Position numbers and translations under genes: made by a program. Source: Psammoneis japonica (lineage: Eukaryota). From it: a stretch of 64,000 nucleotides of DNA. The stretch spans positions 372,001 to 436,000 of the forward strand of contig QPGO01000011.1 of the NCBI GenBank assembly GCA_008632985.1. Reading direction: 5' to 3'. Shown piece by piece: positions 1 through 12,880 of the stretch (position 1 is its first letter; the number at the start of each line of letters is the position of its first letter). Under the pieces are notes generated by a model. The model did not search any database. It was not told the DNA's origin and saw nothing but the letters and a program-made list of their open reading frames with translations.

Positions 1-309
1 GATAATTTATCGTGAATTCTACACGAAAAAGTCATATTGGGGAAAACATATCGAACAATAAGTGAGTTTGTGCGATGCGCTATTATGGCGATAAATTGGA
101 AAAAAAGAGTGTCCGTGCACCTCGCTACAGCCCCAAAAATGGCATGAGACATCAAATATAACGGTCATCCGCGTCACCGGTGCGGTGGCCACGCCACTCA
201 GCCGCCACAATACCGGCCCCGGCGGTAGGGCCCTACGTACGTACAGGCAATACAGCATGCAACGGCACACATACACCCACACCCACAAAGAAAGACAAGT
301 GGTCAATGC

Positions 310-3300
310 TCCCCGCAGGCCTGGTTTCGTAGAATATCACACGTAGCCATCTACGTGCGCGACATACGGCGCGATCCAAAAAACTATTGATGTCACAGTT
401 CAGCACCACGAGGTCCCACCTAGAGCTGGAACGCGTCTGCTGGACACTTGCCCTTGTTGATTTTTGAGAGACATGTCTTTTTGTGCACCCATTCAAAGTT
501 GACCACAGAAACTCCCAACTGATCCAGAAATGACCTGTCCTCTTCTGATTGATTCTTGACATTTGAAGCCAACCACCATCTTTTGCCTGGAGCCAAATGA
601 ATGGTGATGATGATCAGGGTCCTGCATGCAGTGCGCAAATGCACGGAGCCAATCTTTAACAACTTGCTTGGTCAAAGACTGACACTTTGGTCTGCAAGTG
701 ACAAGATTGACGACATTTTTGTGCAACATGTCAGCCACATGTGGCGGCAACAAGATCCGCTCAAAACATCATGACTTCAGGCATGAGGGATCAATCAGTG
801 ATGTTTTGATGCAGCAACAGCAACTTGCCAATTTTTGTGCAGCAAAACATGCACATTTTTTGCACTGAAGCTCTTGAATTTTAGCCCAAGCAAAAAAAGA
901 AAGAAGGAGGTGGCTTTCAGCACTGCTGCAGATTCTGTGTGCTGATGGCATCACAGTGCAAAATGCATTTCTGCGCAGCACGGTGGTCCCACTCCAGGAG
1001 TGTCATGTGTGGTGCAGCAGCCATTTGAAACCTGGGTGTTGCACACCTGGGTTTGCTGGCACAGGTGTGGCACACTCGTGTGAAAAGAGGGGGTCACATC
1101 CTGCTCATTTTTGTGAGTGTGACACCTGCACCAAAGTTGCAGCTTCCACACCTGGTGGCGCTGTCAGTGCAGTGGGCACATGTGCTCATTTTTTTTTTGC
1201 TTTTTGCCAGCAGCAGTCATTTGACAGAAGCATGATGTGAGCCCCTCCCTTGGCCCCTCCCTTGTCGTCGCACAAAAACAAAAACAAAAAAACGTTTTTT
1301 GTTTTCGTGACACGCGCGACAGCCTTGTCATCAAACAGCAAACAAAAACACCCCTTGCATGCATTTCTGCACCAAACCACGCACGTGCGGAGCCACGTGC
1401 TGTCAACACCGGCTTCAGTCGACAGCAGCAAACAAAGTGGGCAAGACATGCAATGGTGCGCTCGAATCCATTCATGACGGCAATTGTCAATCAATCATGA
1501 CGCAAGTCACTGCAGTCAATGACATTGGTTGAATGTCATCTGCAGCACAAAAGATGAGATGAAATGTGGTGGACCATGCGCAGAATGCTGGTGCAACAGA
1601 TTGGTTGTCAGAAATGCGCTGTTCTCGTGTCATGTCGTCACAAGTGCACATCATGTGAGGCGACTGTAGAGTGATGGCCAAGGCAAAAGTAGAACCTCAC
1701 ATGGCCATTAAAAATGTGGCAAATTGAATGGTCACGTTCTTTCCTCCCTTTGTCGCATCTCATGTGCAGAATGCAGCGGATCGCATTGTCATGCTTTTGT
1801 TGTGTGGTCACAAATGCACGCCACAAGGCATCCACAGTGAAGGACAAGGCCACAGCAGAACTGCACATGACCAATGTCAATGTGGAGAATGAGATGGAAA
1901 AGCTTGTTCCTCCTCATTCTGCCAGAAGGGGCCGCATCACGTCGATGTGTCGATGCATCAGTCATGGTCATCACAGGTGGTGGATTTGTGCATGGAAAGA
2001 CCCACAGCGCTGCGTTTTTGTGAGCTGTTTTGTTTCCACAAAAACCAAAAACATGGTGTCGTTTTTGTTCACGAGCAGCCGTGAACAAAAACCAAAGTCT
2101 CAGTCGATCGAGTCAAAGTGCAGTCGAATGGGTCAAATGCATTTTTGTTTTTGTTTTTGTGTGACGGCAAATCCACTGCCAGCGACGACCATGACTGATG
2201 CATCGACACATCGACGCGATGCGGCCCCTTCCAGTGGAATTGGGAGGGACAAGCTTTTCCATTGAACTCTCCACATTGACATTGGTCATGTGCGGTCCTT
2301 TTTTTTTGCCTTCAACACAGATGCCTTGTGGCTTGTGTTTGTGACCATGCAAGACAAGCATGACAAAACGATCCACTGTGTTCTGCACATGAGATGCATG
2401 GAAGGGAGGCAAAAACAAGACTGTTCAATCCTCCACATTTTTGTCAGCCATGTGAGGTCCTGCTTCTGCCTCAGCCATCACTCTGGTTGCCTTGTGACTC
2501 GCGTTTGTGATGACACAACACAAGAGCAGTGCTTTTTTGACGACCGATCTGTTGTGCTGGCATTCTGCACACAAGCTGACACATTTCACCTTGTCTTTCA
2601 TGCTGTGGATGACATTCAATCAACAATGTTGACTGCATTGACTTGTGTCATGATTGATTGACAATTGCCGTCACAAAATGGATTCGAAGACGCCATTGCG
2701 TGTCTTGCCCCTTTTGTTTGTTGCGGTCATCTGCAGCCGGCATTGTCAGCACGTGGCTCCATGCACCACATGTGGTTTGGCATGCAAATGCATGCAAAGG
2801 GTGTTTTTGTTTTTGTTTGATGACAAGGCCGTCGCGCGTGTCGCGAAAACAAAAAACGTTTTTGTTTTTGTTTTTGTGCGACGTCAAGGGAGGGGCTGAG
2901 TGTGGTGCAAAGTGACAACTGCTGCAAACAAAAACACTTGCAATGGACAATGCAGGGTTGTTGTGCAGTTGACACACATCTTGGGTGTGAGCCATGCTGA
3001 GCCATTCTTTCACTTGAGGCAGCTCTGTCCAATCAGACCTCTGCACTTGTGAGCAAAAAAGTTTGGTGTCATCTCATGCAAGACCAAACAATGCTTCATC
3101 ATGGCAGAGAAAAAACAGCTCTTGTTGCCATGTTTCCCATGGTGGGACACTGCACAATGCATGTGCTTTCCACAAATGGCGCAGCACACATGAGCATTTT
3201 TGCTGCACCAAAAACACAGCACAGAGACTGTGTGCGTGCAGGTGCTTCAAATCCACTTCCAGCCCATCAATGTGTTTCTGCAAGTGTGTCAGGTCACCAC

Positions 3301-3500
3301 ATGAGCAGGACAAATGGCCGCCATGTCCCCCCCTCCCCCTGCACTGTTGTGAGGTGCTGTTCACTCATGGCAGCAGCCACATGTGGGCGACGCTGTCGAC
3401 CAAGCCCTCACAATGTTGTGCTGGCATTGTTGCTTCAATGCTTGCATTGCTGAGTCTCCAGGATGTGTGCATCACTCCGGCTTGTGCTCCAACATTTGCT
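310..3500. mobile_element. Decayed transposon-derived sequence interrupted by the foldback element; left end belongs to a dispersed repeat family (family A)
   Basis: 325-437 aligns in reverse complement with 20110-20224 and 20514-20612. Minus-strand 3010-3222 reads CFWCSKNAHVCCAICGKHMHC...SCFF, then CHDEALFGLA in another frame, resembling the Cys-rich C-terminus of piggyBac-like transposases (tentative). TpA-depleted from ~430 onward. Confidence 0.5.
1241..2896. mobile_element. Foldback-type non-autonomous DNA transposon with ~730-bp inverted arms
   Basis: ~1253-1985 is the reverse complement of ~2178-2896 (ends GCCCCTCCCTTG / CAAGGGAGGGGC). TGA flanks both ends (1238-1240, 2897-2899), a possible 3-bp TSD. 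Internal sequence is also similar to 48180-48770. Confidence 0.8.
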
Positions 3501-3725
3501 CCAAAAGGGCATCTTGAAATGACCAGAGTGACATCGGATTTTCATTCCACCACCCACAAGGATCGCCGAAAACGTTCTGAGCCTGTGGTTGCATTTCCCG
3601 GCGCATTTCGAATGAACAGACAGACACACCGACAATCTAAGCTCGCTCAACAAAAATCCGGCGCGCCGCGAAATAAGCCATGTGCAGGGGTTATGAGTCC
3701 CGAAAAACAGGGTTTGGGCCGATTT

Positions 3726-4167
3726 CTGGTACAAAACTCACGTAGAAAATTCGCGTAGAATATCTTGTTCGTCGTGCTTTTCCCGTGCTTTGCGAAAAAT
3801 AGGCCACGACCTCAAGGAATCGATTTCAGTCATAACGGTTGACACTTTGCGTACTTACTTTTTGATGACAAACACAACGATGTCCACCGTTCGGCAAAAT
3901 TCCATCATTGGAAAATGTTTACCGTGGTGGTACCGTGGTGAAGTGTTGATCGAATTTCTGAAAATGGAATTTTGAAGTGTTCACACACAGAATCGTGTTA
4001 CTTATGTAAAAGTCATCATGTAAAGTGTCAATGGTTTCAGGGGAAAACGATTCCTTGAGGCGTCGGTGGAGCAGAGAAGCACGGTAGAAGCAGGAGAAAA
4101 AAATCGGCCCAAACCCTAATTTTTATAATTTTTTCTACGTAGAATATCTACGTGATTTTTGTACCAG
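3726..4167. mobile_element. MITE-like element with ~35-bp terminal inverted repeats
   Basis: Left CTGGTACAAAACTCACGTAGAAAATTCGCGTAGAA; reverse complement of right end CTGGTACAAAAATCACGTAGATATTCTACGTAGAA. No clear TSD. Confidence 0.65.
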
Positions 4168-4211
4168 TGCACATGGCTTATCACACAAAGATGAAGCACG
4201 CATGATGCACC

Positions 4212-5104
4212 ATGAGCAACAACAACAGCGCTCCGCCACCGTCGTGCTTATCCATACAAGAAGATTGCATTTTAAAGACGTCATTAGCCTTTGTCGTATT
4301 GAGGAATCGAATCAAAAATAGCAAAGACGAATCATCAAGTTCTGTTGTTTCTCCACCACCGCCACTGTCACTCGTTGATTTGAACACTACAACTCCCACA
4401 CTTACGGCAGACGAAAATCACTTGGATCGCATGTTTCAAGTAGCGGTATCGACGGCTCGAGTCTCTTATAGGCAATACGATGGCGTCGTATTGTATCAAA
4501 GTCATGATTTGCAAAACAGCCGTTTGAGCGGTCTCGTGGTTCATTTAGCATCCCAATTTCGTTTGGCGAGTCGCAGCAACAGCGAGTGCCTAAAGGACTT
4601 GGTCAAGAATAGTTTGTTGAGATGCTTTTACTCTCGAGAAACGATATTGGCAACATGTACAGTTTGGAATGGAATTCTCACTCGAGATTGTTGTATGGGA
4701 TTCAACCTTACTGTAGCAATTGGAGCACTACTGCAAGCGTTGGACCAGAATCAATTTGATGGCTTACTGGCAGACAATACGTGCAAGATCAGCAAAAGAA
4801 TACCTCAGACATTTCAATTGACACATATCTCGCTAATGTCTTGGCTGTCAATTTGATTCACTTGTTGGAATCCATGACAATAGCAAGACTCAAGAGTGGC
4901 GTGCAATCTCACGTGATTTTGAACGAACTGCAACACGCCCTGGGCGATTCGCTCTGCTTGCCAGTTCCCATTCATGACTTGGCATACTTTTATCATCACG
5001 CAAGCAAGATGAAAACGAAGCAACTCTTGACACCCGGTGCCAAACTCATGATGCGACAGTGTCTATGGGATTTGATTCAGAAGGTGAGCAACACGAATAA
5101 TTGA
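4212..5104 (+). CDS. Hypothetical protein split into two overlapping ORFs (frameshift or unresolved intron near 4780)
   Basis: ORFs 4212-4856 and 4781-5104 are both protein-like, with normal TpA/CpG content and Tyr present. No family recognised. Confidence 0.45.
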
Positions 5105-5433
5105 AGTGGAAGTAAACGAGCACGAGTCTTTTTCGAAGAGCAAAACTGCACTTGAACACATGAATAGCTGGGGGAACGACTGGGAAAGAGAATCATAGAT
5201 ACAGAAAACTTGCATAAGAATAAATCAATGGGAGACTCCCAAAACGAGAAGAGACGTGGCTATGTTTTGACTTCACTTCTGAGCTCACTCCTCCAAGGTA
5301 TGACGACTCTCTCACTACTTAGCGTATCAATTTCCTCTTCAAATACATAGTATGAAGCACCCATACCAAGAACTCAGTAACGATATGTTATTTCCACGCC
5401 AAAATTGCTCACATCAACGCTTCTCCATAGTCG

Positions 5434-6075
5434 CTACCCTTCTTTCGAAGTCAATACAAACAGCCCCATCATTCCCACCAAAACATACTTCAATACCGGA
5501 TAGTCATTCAATGCAATCGTCACCATTCCGACATAGCGCAAGGTCCCAACCGCCTTGCCTAAAATATCGTCTCGTGACAACCACAATTGCCCCGGAGCAT
5601 ACAAGCCGCGGTCATCGACACGGTTGTTGTCGCCTTTCGTCAAGAGATCGACACGGCCGTCCTCTTTTTCGTGCACCTTTAGAATGCGATGGACAATGGG
5701 AATGTCACGATCCTTGATTTTAAACACAACCACATCGCCTACACCAACTTGTGTTGCAGAATTGTCAAGAAACAAAATGTCACCGCGTTGAAAAGCCGGT
5801 TCCATGGATCCAGACAACACTACCACAACCGGAGATTCAGACTTAGAGTATGTGAAAAGATGAGATGAGAAAATAAGTGATCAATGGAACGATAGAAACG
5901 ATCAATCAATTTATCGATTCATACATACCTTGGTGACAAACATGAGACCCTTCCAAATCATGAGCGCAGAAAACACAATCATGGCGAGATTCAGTACTTG
6001 AAAAAGCAATTGTCGTTTATTTTGCCAGAGCTTTTTCAATTCTAGCACCTGCTTTTCAATCATATCCTTAATCAT
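5434..6075 (-). CDS. SEC11: Signal peptidase complex catalytic subunit SEC11 (peptidase S26B), 184 aa, exons 6075-5929 and 5841-5434
   Basis: [10 protein letters not shown]...WKGLMFVTK, then GT-AG intron 5928-5842, then [27 protein letters not shown] and [15 protein letters not shown] motifs. Confidence 0.97.
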
Positions 6076-6676
6076 GGTTGTAGGTCACAGCGAGTGGGCA
6101 ACGCAATCGGGACGAGTTGATGCTGTTGGCTGCTAGCTGTATGTCGGCAGTCTTTAAGATTGTGCGATCGCTACATCGGCGTGCGAAACAAGTGGTCTCG
6201 CCATGGCGGTCGCTCGTAAAATCCACGTGTTGATTTGTACCGGAGCAGCTCAATAAGCAAATTGAAAATCATTCCACGTGTAAGTTTAACAGTTTTTCAA
6301 TGTTCGGCTGGAATGCTTTACGAATCCGTTCTAGCTATCGATCCTTGGCTTGCGCTTATTGCTTGCTTGCTTCGTCAGCCATAGTAAGTCTACTGTACCG
6401 GTAGTCTAGTTGCTTGTCCTGTTCACCTCTCTACTCTAGTAGTAGGGCCTACTCTCTCCACTCTCTACTAGAGAGCTCTCTCTAGCTAGAGTAGAGAGTA
6501 GAGAGAGAGAGAGACCACAACTCTCTAGAGAGGAAGGTGAATAGTAATTCGACAGAGATGGCCGCTACTGTAATACCACTTGTACGAAACACTGATACTA
6601 TGGTACTCTAATAGTTAACTTTGTCCCACAATACCAGTGAAATGTACTGTAGCGCTGAATCTCCCCCGATTCATTC

Positions 6677-9600
6677 TTATGCAAACCCTTCCGATTTTGC
6701 CTTCTTCACGACAGGCCCCCCACCTAGCAAATCACCCATGTCGTAAAGATCGTCCTCGTCGTCGCCCATCGCCGCCGCTGCCTCAAGGAAATTGGTCTTT
6801 CTCTTTCGACTCTGTTGCTCCTTTCGAGCTTCATCATCTGCAGCTCTGCTAGACTTGACCAAGCGCGCCTTCAGTGACATCCATTCCTTGGCAAATCTCT
6901 CTTGAAACGACGGCGTACCACTGTTCTCAACGTAGTTCGTCATGCAGTCGTGACTCAACGCCTCTACAGCCGAGATGCGCTTCCTCGGATCTAGGTGAAG
7001 CATCTGCGACAACAAATCAATCATGCCTGAATACTTTTCTGCGTCATCCTTCAAAATGTATTCCAATGCTTTCTTCACTCCCCTCTTGTACTTCTTTGAC
7101 GGCTCCACGTAATTGGGAAATTTGGCAGCGTCCGAGTAGTTATCAGCCGACGGAGCACCGACAATCTTGAACATGGATAGCAAAAGTGACGTCTTATCCT
7201 TTCCAACAAAGAATGGCTTTCTCAGCATCAAGTATGCAACCAGGCATCCCACCGACCATACATCGGTTTCCTTTGTGTGTTTCTTGGATCCAAGTAGCAT
7301 CTCTGGAGCAACGTAAATGTCACTGACTGTCGAGCCTTCATCGTTTTTGTCGTCACCCTTATCCTTTGCCCTTAACGCGCACTTCAAGGCATTCGGGCGC
7401 TTTTCACGTTCCTCCAAAGGCAGCACTGTCGCCTTGTACAATGAACCAAGTTTCAGTACCCCACAGTGATCCACAAAAATCTGATCTGGCTGGAAGAATC
7501 GGACAATAACGTTGTTTGTGTGACAGTGCACAAGAGCCGATAGCAAATCGTGAAACCACGAGACAAGTAGGTCCGGACTTAGTGCCACCTCCTCGCCGCC
7601 TCGTTTCTTCTTTGAACGAGAAATGAATCGATGCAGTACGAATGGCGTTGGTGGACACACAAGATGTAACCCCGAGATACCATCCTCAGCACTCTGCTTT
7701 CCTTTTCCTTCGCTCGATTGAAACAGCGAAGAAATGCTATCCTCGATAACCCCCTTGTTCTTTTTCGAGGTCTTGTCTCGTTCACCGGACTCTGAAGACG
7801 CAGCAATGGAGACCGGTAACGCAAAGTTTGGGTGGCCTTTGGGAGAAGGGATGAGAGTATGCAGCTGAGTTAAGAGTTGCATTTCTTGCAACGCCGCGGG
7901 TGAGAAGCCAATCTGCATGGGAGCTCTCCCGCTCTTGCTGGACCTTGGCTGTTCCCGAGCCTCGACCTTCTCAGGCGGCCACCGCTGTAGAGACACGGCA
8001 ACAAAGCGATCGTCATCCTCTTCATCGGCACTGCCGTCAGGTTGAGTAGCAGTGTGTAGCAAGGGGAACAAATTAGACGCCGATTCTTTTCCCATCAAGG
8101 CGTCTGTGAGGTTTCGAAGCCTCCTTACGGAGTCCAAGTCATTGGGAATTTCCGTCCCTCCAGCTCTGCACGACATGTCGCAGATTGAACCTGTCGTGCT
8201 TGCGCCGTATCGAAGCGGGATCCACCATCGTAGCCCAACATCACGCATTTCAGATTGAGGTATCCTAGCTGCTACGCACGATTTCCCACCAATCTTAGCA
8301 TCTGTTGAAACCACAAGAGACGACAGCTTCGGTTGAACTGTCCCTTCCCAGCCTGCGGTTGTTGATAACGAACTCGAAGGCAACAGTCCCGGCTCCGTCT
8401 TTACATGAGACGCCGGAAGTTCTTGATTATCGTTTGACAAATCCGCACTCAAGGGTTCCGCTTTAGCGGGAAAACCCGTGTCTTCACCGACATGAGAAAG
8501 CAACACGTGCTCAGCAACTGCTCTGGCCCTCCAACTGCCCTCCAGTATAATGTCCGACGTTCCGCCCGCCGCGCTCTGCTTCACAGAGATGCTGCATTGA
8601 CTTTCGACGCTGATTTCTTCGATGGCGGGCTCAATCCGGTCTCTCAAAGTCGCGCTGTCGACCCCTTTGAAGAGACTACGACCTTTTTCACGTTGGGCAA
8701 TAAAGTGAAAACGTTTAGCCACATCCGACAAACCTGTTGTCTTCAAAGTGGAAGCTGCTCCCAACGCCTGACTCATTTTTTCCATGCATTGGCCTCTGAT
8801 GTGTGGAACCATTTTTTCAATCTTCCTTTCACCCCCTTCAATAATATCATTAACTGAGCTTCTCTTGAAGTGACCGGTCTTTACGGCTGCCGCAATAAGC
8901 GCTGCACACTGTGATACACGCAACGGCGAAAGCGATAATGCCGTGAAGAGACGGTCGACAGATACAGATAAAAAGCAGGCAGCCGCAGCAAACACGTATT
9001 CGACACCATGCTTGAGCCACAGAGTTGCTCCTGCACCTAGTATCGGGCCGCTAAACACAAACTCCATAATTATTCTGGCCCTTCTCTCGGAGAGCCCACC
9101 GGCTGTCGATGCAGCCGCAAGAACCCAGTCTGATCCTCTCCAAAAAATGTCATAGTCCAGCGTGAGAAGAACCTCGTTTTCCGCAGTGATGACCCGCCTC
9201 TCAAAGTGCTCCGTTTCTTGGCTACTCTTGTCGAACTGAGCACCAGGGAAAAACGTTTGAAATGCGGCCTCCAAAACTGCTTCGGGCTTTTTCCACTTCG
9301 TCATTTTTTGAGCCTTACATGCCAGGAAAACACAGGCTGTGAGTACATCACGTATCTTGAGTTGTGTTCCGGGGTGATCCATTTCTGACGCCAAGCTGAC
9401 AAACCGGTACAGAATTATAGCAGCGTGAGCAGCAACACTTCCATCCATTTCTAGGTTCGACACTGTGTCAACAATTTCCACACAGGCATTCGAGATTGTT
9501 CGAGAATCAAAACCCTTGTTGGACGGACTCGATGGACGCGGCGACCTTACACCCGATCCGGATGTAGCACCAGATCCAGCTGAAGCCGTCGTCAGTGGTT

Positions 9601-12327
9601 CTGTTCTCGCGATTTCTGTCCAATCCCTCCCAAATATCCAATTATGTTTACGCAGATAATTGTCCCGATAAAGTTCAATCTGCAATCGAATGAGCTCCTC
9701 TGCAATAGCTGCAGCATTATTTCTAAGCTCAGTGGGCGGCGACGTCATTTCAGCAACTCCAGTAGCAGCGGCACCGCCATCGATCCGCAAATGATTCCCC
9801 GTCATGGCATCAACGATAACGGATGCACCAGTAATCGATTGGACATACGCCAGGAATGGGTTTCCCGGTTGCATCAAAAGAGGCTGGAACATTTTGTCGT
9901 CACCCAAATGCAGGTATTGGACACCCCGACCAAGATCCGCAAGACGTGCTTGAATAGATCCCCAAAATTTCTCGATATCCTTTGGGTCGCATCCAAGGTA
10001 CACAGTAAACCGCCATTGTCGATGAGCAGCAATCCCCCCATTCTGAACACCTAAGCCCTCTGGCTCGACCCATAGATTGCAACGTTGGGTCGTTTCAAAT
10101 GCAGGATGAAAAGTGGATGAAGCCAAGTCCAACTCTTCCAACTTCGATGACTCGTCCTGCGCTGAACTTGATGGATCTTCGTCAGAAATCTCCGGAGCCC
10201 TGCTAGAACCATTACACAGTAAAATGAGCTCGTCACTAGTCAACGTGCCCCCCGCAAAGCCCAAGTCAGTAAAAATCCCCGTTACACGTGACGCGGGTGC
10301 ATTGATTTCCATACAAATTTGAAGGAGTTGCTTCCAAAGAACATCCATGGCGACGCGTAAATCGGATACTAGCGTAGCCTCCAAAACAAGTCTGCCGCTC
10401 TTGTCGCTTCGGTTCTCACTCGGACCAAAGTTGACCTGTACACATTTACACTTGTCTCTAATCAATGGTAATTTTCGTCTGACGTGATCGACAATCATTC
10501 TAGGGATACTGACTTCTCGCGTTTCACCCGTCGTCTTGTTGGTCGCAGCTATGTCGACGACTTCGCCGTTTGCCACCGCTTGCATAGCATTGAACTTCAA
10601 AACGTTCTTTTCCAAAAATGTATACGCCTTGACTAGAGTCGGACCACTCGAGATCACCAGTTTCCATACGACTCCATCCATGGATGCCCCAAGTGCTTGT
10701 GCAACTTCTTCGTCCTTCGCTGCGTCGTCCTTGGAACATGGGATAATGCTGATTTTGACACGACAATAGGTTTCGCACCGCATAATCAAATGATTTGCAA
10801 TGAGTGCATCCTTGGCAGGCGTTTGAACGTACATGTAGTCCTTGAGCAATTTAGATTGCTCTCGACTAGCGTCATCCACCGGTACAGCACCAGCAGCGAC
10901 AATGAGGACGAGGGAGACGTCGGAATCGCTTTTTTTCTCGAAATGACAAATGCTTCCGCCTCTTGATCTAGCATCATCCAATCTTCCTTGGCCAAATCTT
11001 CCCAACTCTCTTCTCTGTCGTGAGTGTAAATGACCAAATGCTTCTTGGTGCTTGCATCGTACCGGCAAACATCGGCGGGAAAGTACTCGTGGTATTCTTC
11101 GAAAAGCACCTTGATTCTTCGATTGACAATGGACGATCCCGGTGTTTTTGAGACTGGAGCCTTCCAGTGTCCCACCAATTTTCGATCCAATTCCTCTTCT
11201 TCCAGCGATTTTGGCATTTCCAGAGTTCCTCGACAGCTCTCCGACTTGCAATGACACTTGGTGGGAGCCCTTCCCCTCTTTCGATCCCACTTGTAATCAA
11301 AGGACAACTCTTCTCCAACCATGATATCCCTCAGAGCAAACACGCCTGCTCTCACTATCCCCCGAACTCTCCATCTCATGACAATACAGTTGGGTTCACA
11401 AGAGTGATTGATATACCGAGCGTTGCTTCCCTTTTTTCGCGCATCCAGATATGTATTGTTGTCCAACGCCATAATGTAAAGCATTTGCTCGTTCTGATAC
11501 CGCCGAAAAAGTTTATCCAAATACTGCTTGCGAATGGCTTTTCCAACATACTCGATAATAAAGTCATCCTTCTTGATGGCCTCCGTCGCTCGCAATCCCC
11601 GTCCCTTGATCCCGGCTTCAAAGACTTCGAGAGACTTCCACTGCTTGCGTTGAATACGACGGTTCCCACAACTCTCGTGACAATTGCTACCACACTCTTC
11701 TTGACAGGCATACAGCACACAACTCATATCGACACAACACGGTTCGCCTTGATAGGACGGAGTACAGCCACAGGGATCCACCTTTTCGTACCGTGGGCGT
11801 TCTGCCAATTCGTTCGATAGATTCTTGTCTAGTGAATTTTGTGCCCACTCGACTTCATCAATTTCTTCAAAATCGACATCGTCTCGTAAATTCAGCGAAA
11901 GTGGAGTCGTCGTTTGTGGAATTATCGGGGCAGAAGATGTGTTTACTTCTGCTGGTTTACGATAAACTTCTGGTTGCACGCTTGGTTTCGGGATTTCTGG
12001 AGGAGGGCTACTTCCTGAAGAAACCGTAGCTACAAGAGGTGGAGGAGCCAGTGGCGATGGACCCGAGATTGGCGGTGGTGGAAACAACGTAGGATGCGGT
12101 ACTGGTGGCGGAGGCAGTGGTGGTGCAGCAATGTTGGGTGGAAATGGCGGAGGCGGCTTGGGATTGTTTGGAACCGGGGGCGGAGCGATTGCTTTTCGAG
12201 GGTCAACAGCTGTCGGAGAGGCTGCTAAGCGAGGATCCGCTCGAAATCTCGGATCATTGGTCCATCTAGTGGTAGGCTGTTGCTGCTGTTGGGGTAGCGG
12301 TGGGCCTCCATTTCCAAAAGACGACAT
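6677..12327 (-). CDS. Large fusion: Pro-rich N-terminus, AWS-SET-postSET (SETD2/ASH1 class), Tudor-like, KH-like repeats, cyclin box (T/K/L-like), C-terminal CDK-like pseudokinase; one frameshift near 10880-10935
   Basis: SET: GIKGRGL, EYVG, ARYINHSCEPNC, ELSFDY, CHCKSESCRG (~11770-11220). Tudor-like IVNRRIKVLF...YDASTKKHLVIY...EDL. Cyclin: AAIILYRF, ACVFLACKAQ, AENEVLLTLDYDI (~9500-8830). Kinase: GFSPAALQEMQLL, YVAPEMLLG, DVWSVGC, LDPRKRISAVEALSH (~8020-6940). ORFs 10786-12327 and 6677-11290 overlap. Confidence 0.88.
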
Positions 12328-12880
12328 GACTCAAACTCCGTCAACGTATGCTTCAGACACTCGTTTCTGTATTGTCTTTGTTCTCGTTCTCGACAAGGTT
12401 CAAACAGGAATCAGTTCTCTCTTACAAGCGACTTCTAAAGCGATACAAAGGTCTCACTAGAACAGCTGCAATCCATGGCCCGTTGTTAGAGAGATAGGGC
12501 CCTAACTCTACTGTTGCTGCAAATGATTGACAGAGACAGTCGGCAACACCAACACAGTGGCTGAAGCGAAGCGAGATATTTTATGATGTCGTTTTGACAG
12601 ATTGCCAGTACAAACCACGTAGAAATCTACACAAAAATCAATGCATCTTGAAAACAGAGAGATTTATACTTCATACCTGAATACAATCATTTACCTTCCC
12701 GCAAAAATTTGTGCGTGTGTCTTTGTATCCTGTGCTTTGTGCCCGTTCCATTCGGTAGCACGAACGTGCACACGTCATGTCCGATGACGTGTGCACGTGA
12801 ACGACGACGCAAAAACTCCCTCCGACCGCGACCTCCGACCCGACAATGACGCGACGATAGCCAACGAAATATTCGCCGTC

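Noticed and set aside
10940..11290. N-terminal ~120 aa of the 1537-aa ORF as a separate gene start
   Set aside because: It starts at a non-ATG codon and overlaps the postSET/Tudor frame; it is an off-frame extension upstream of the frameshift.
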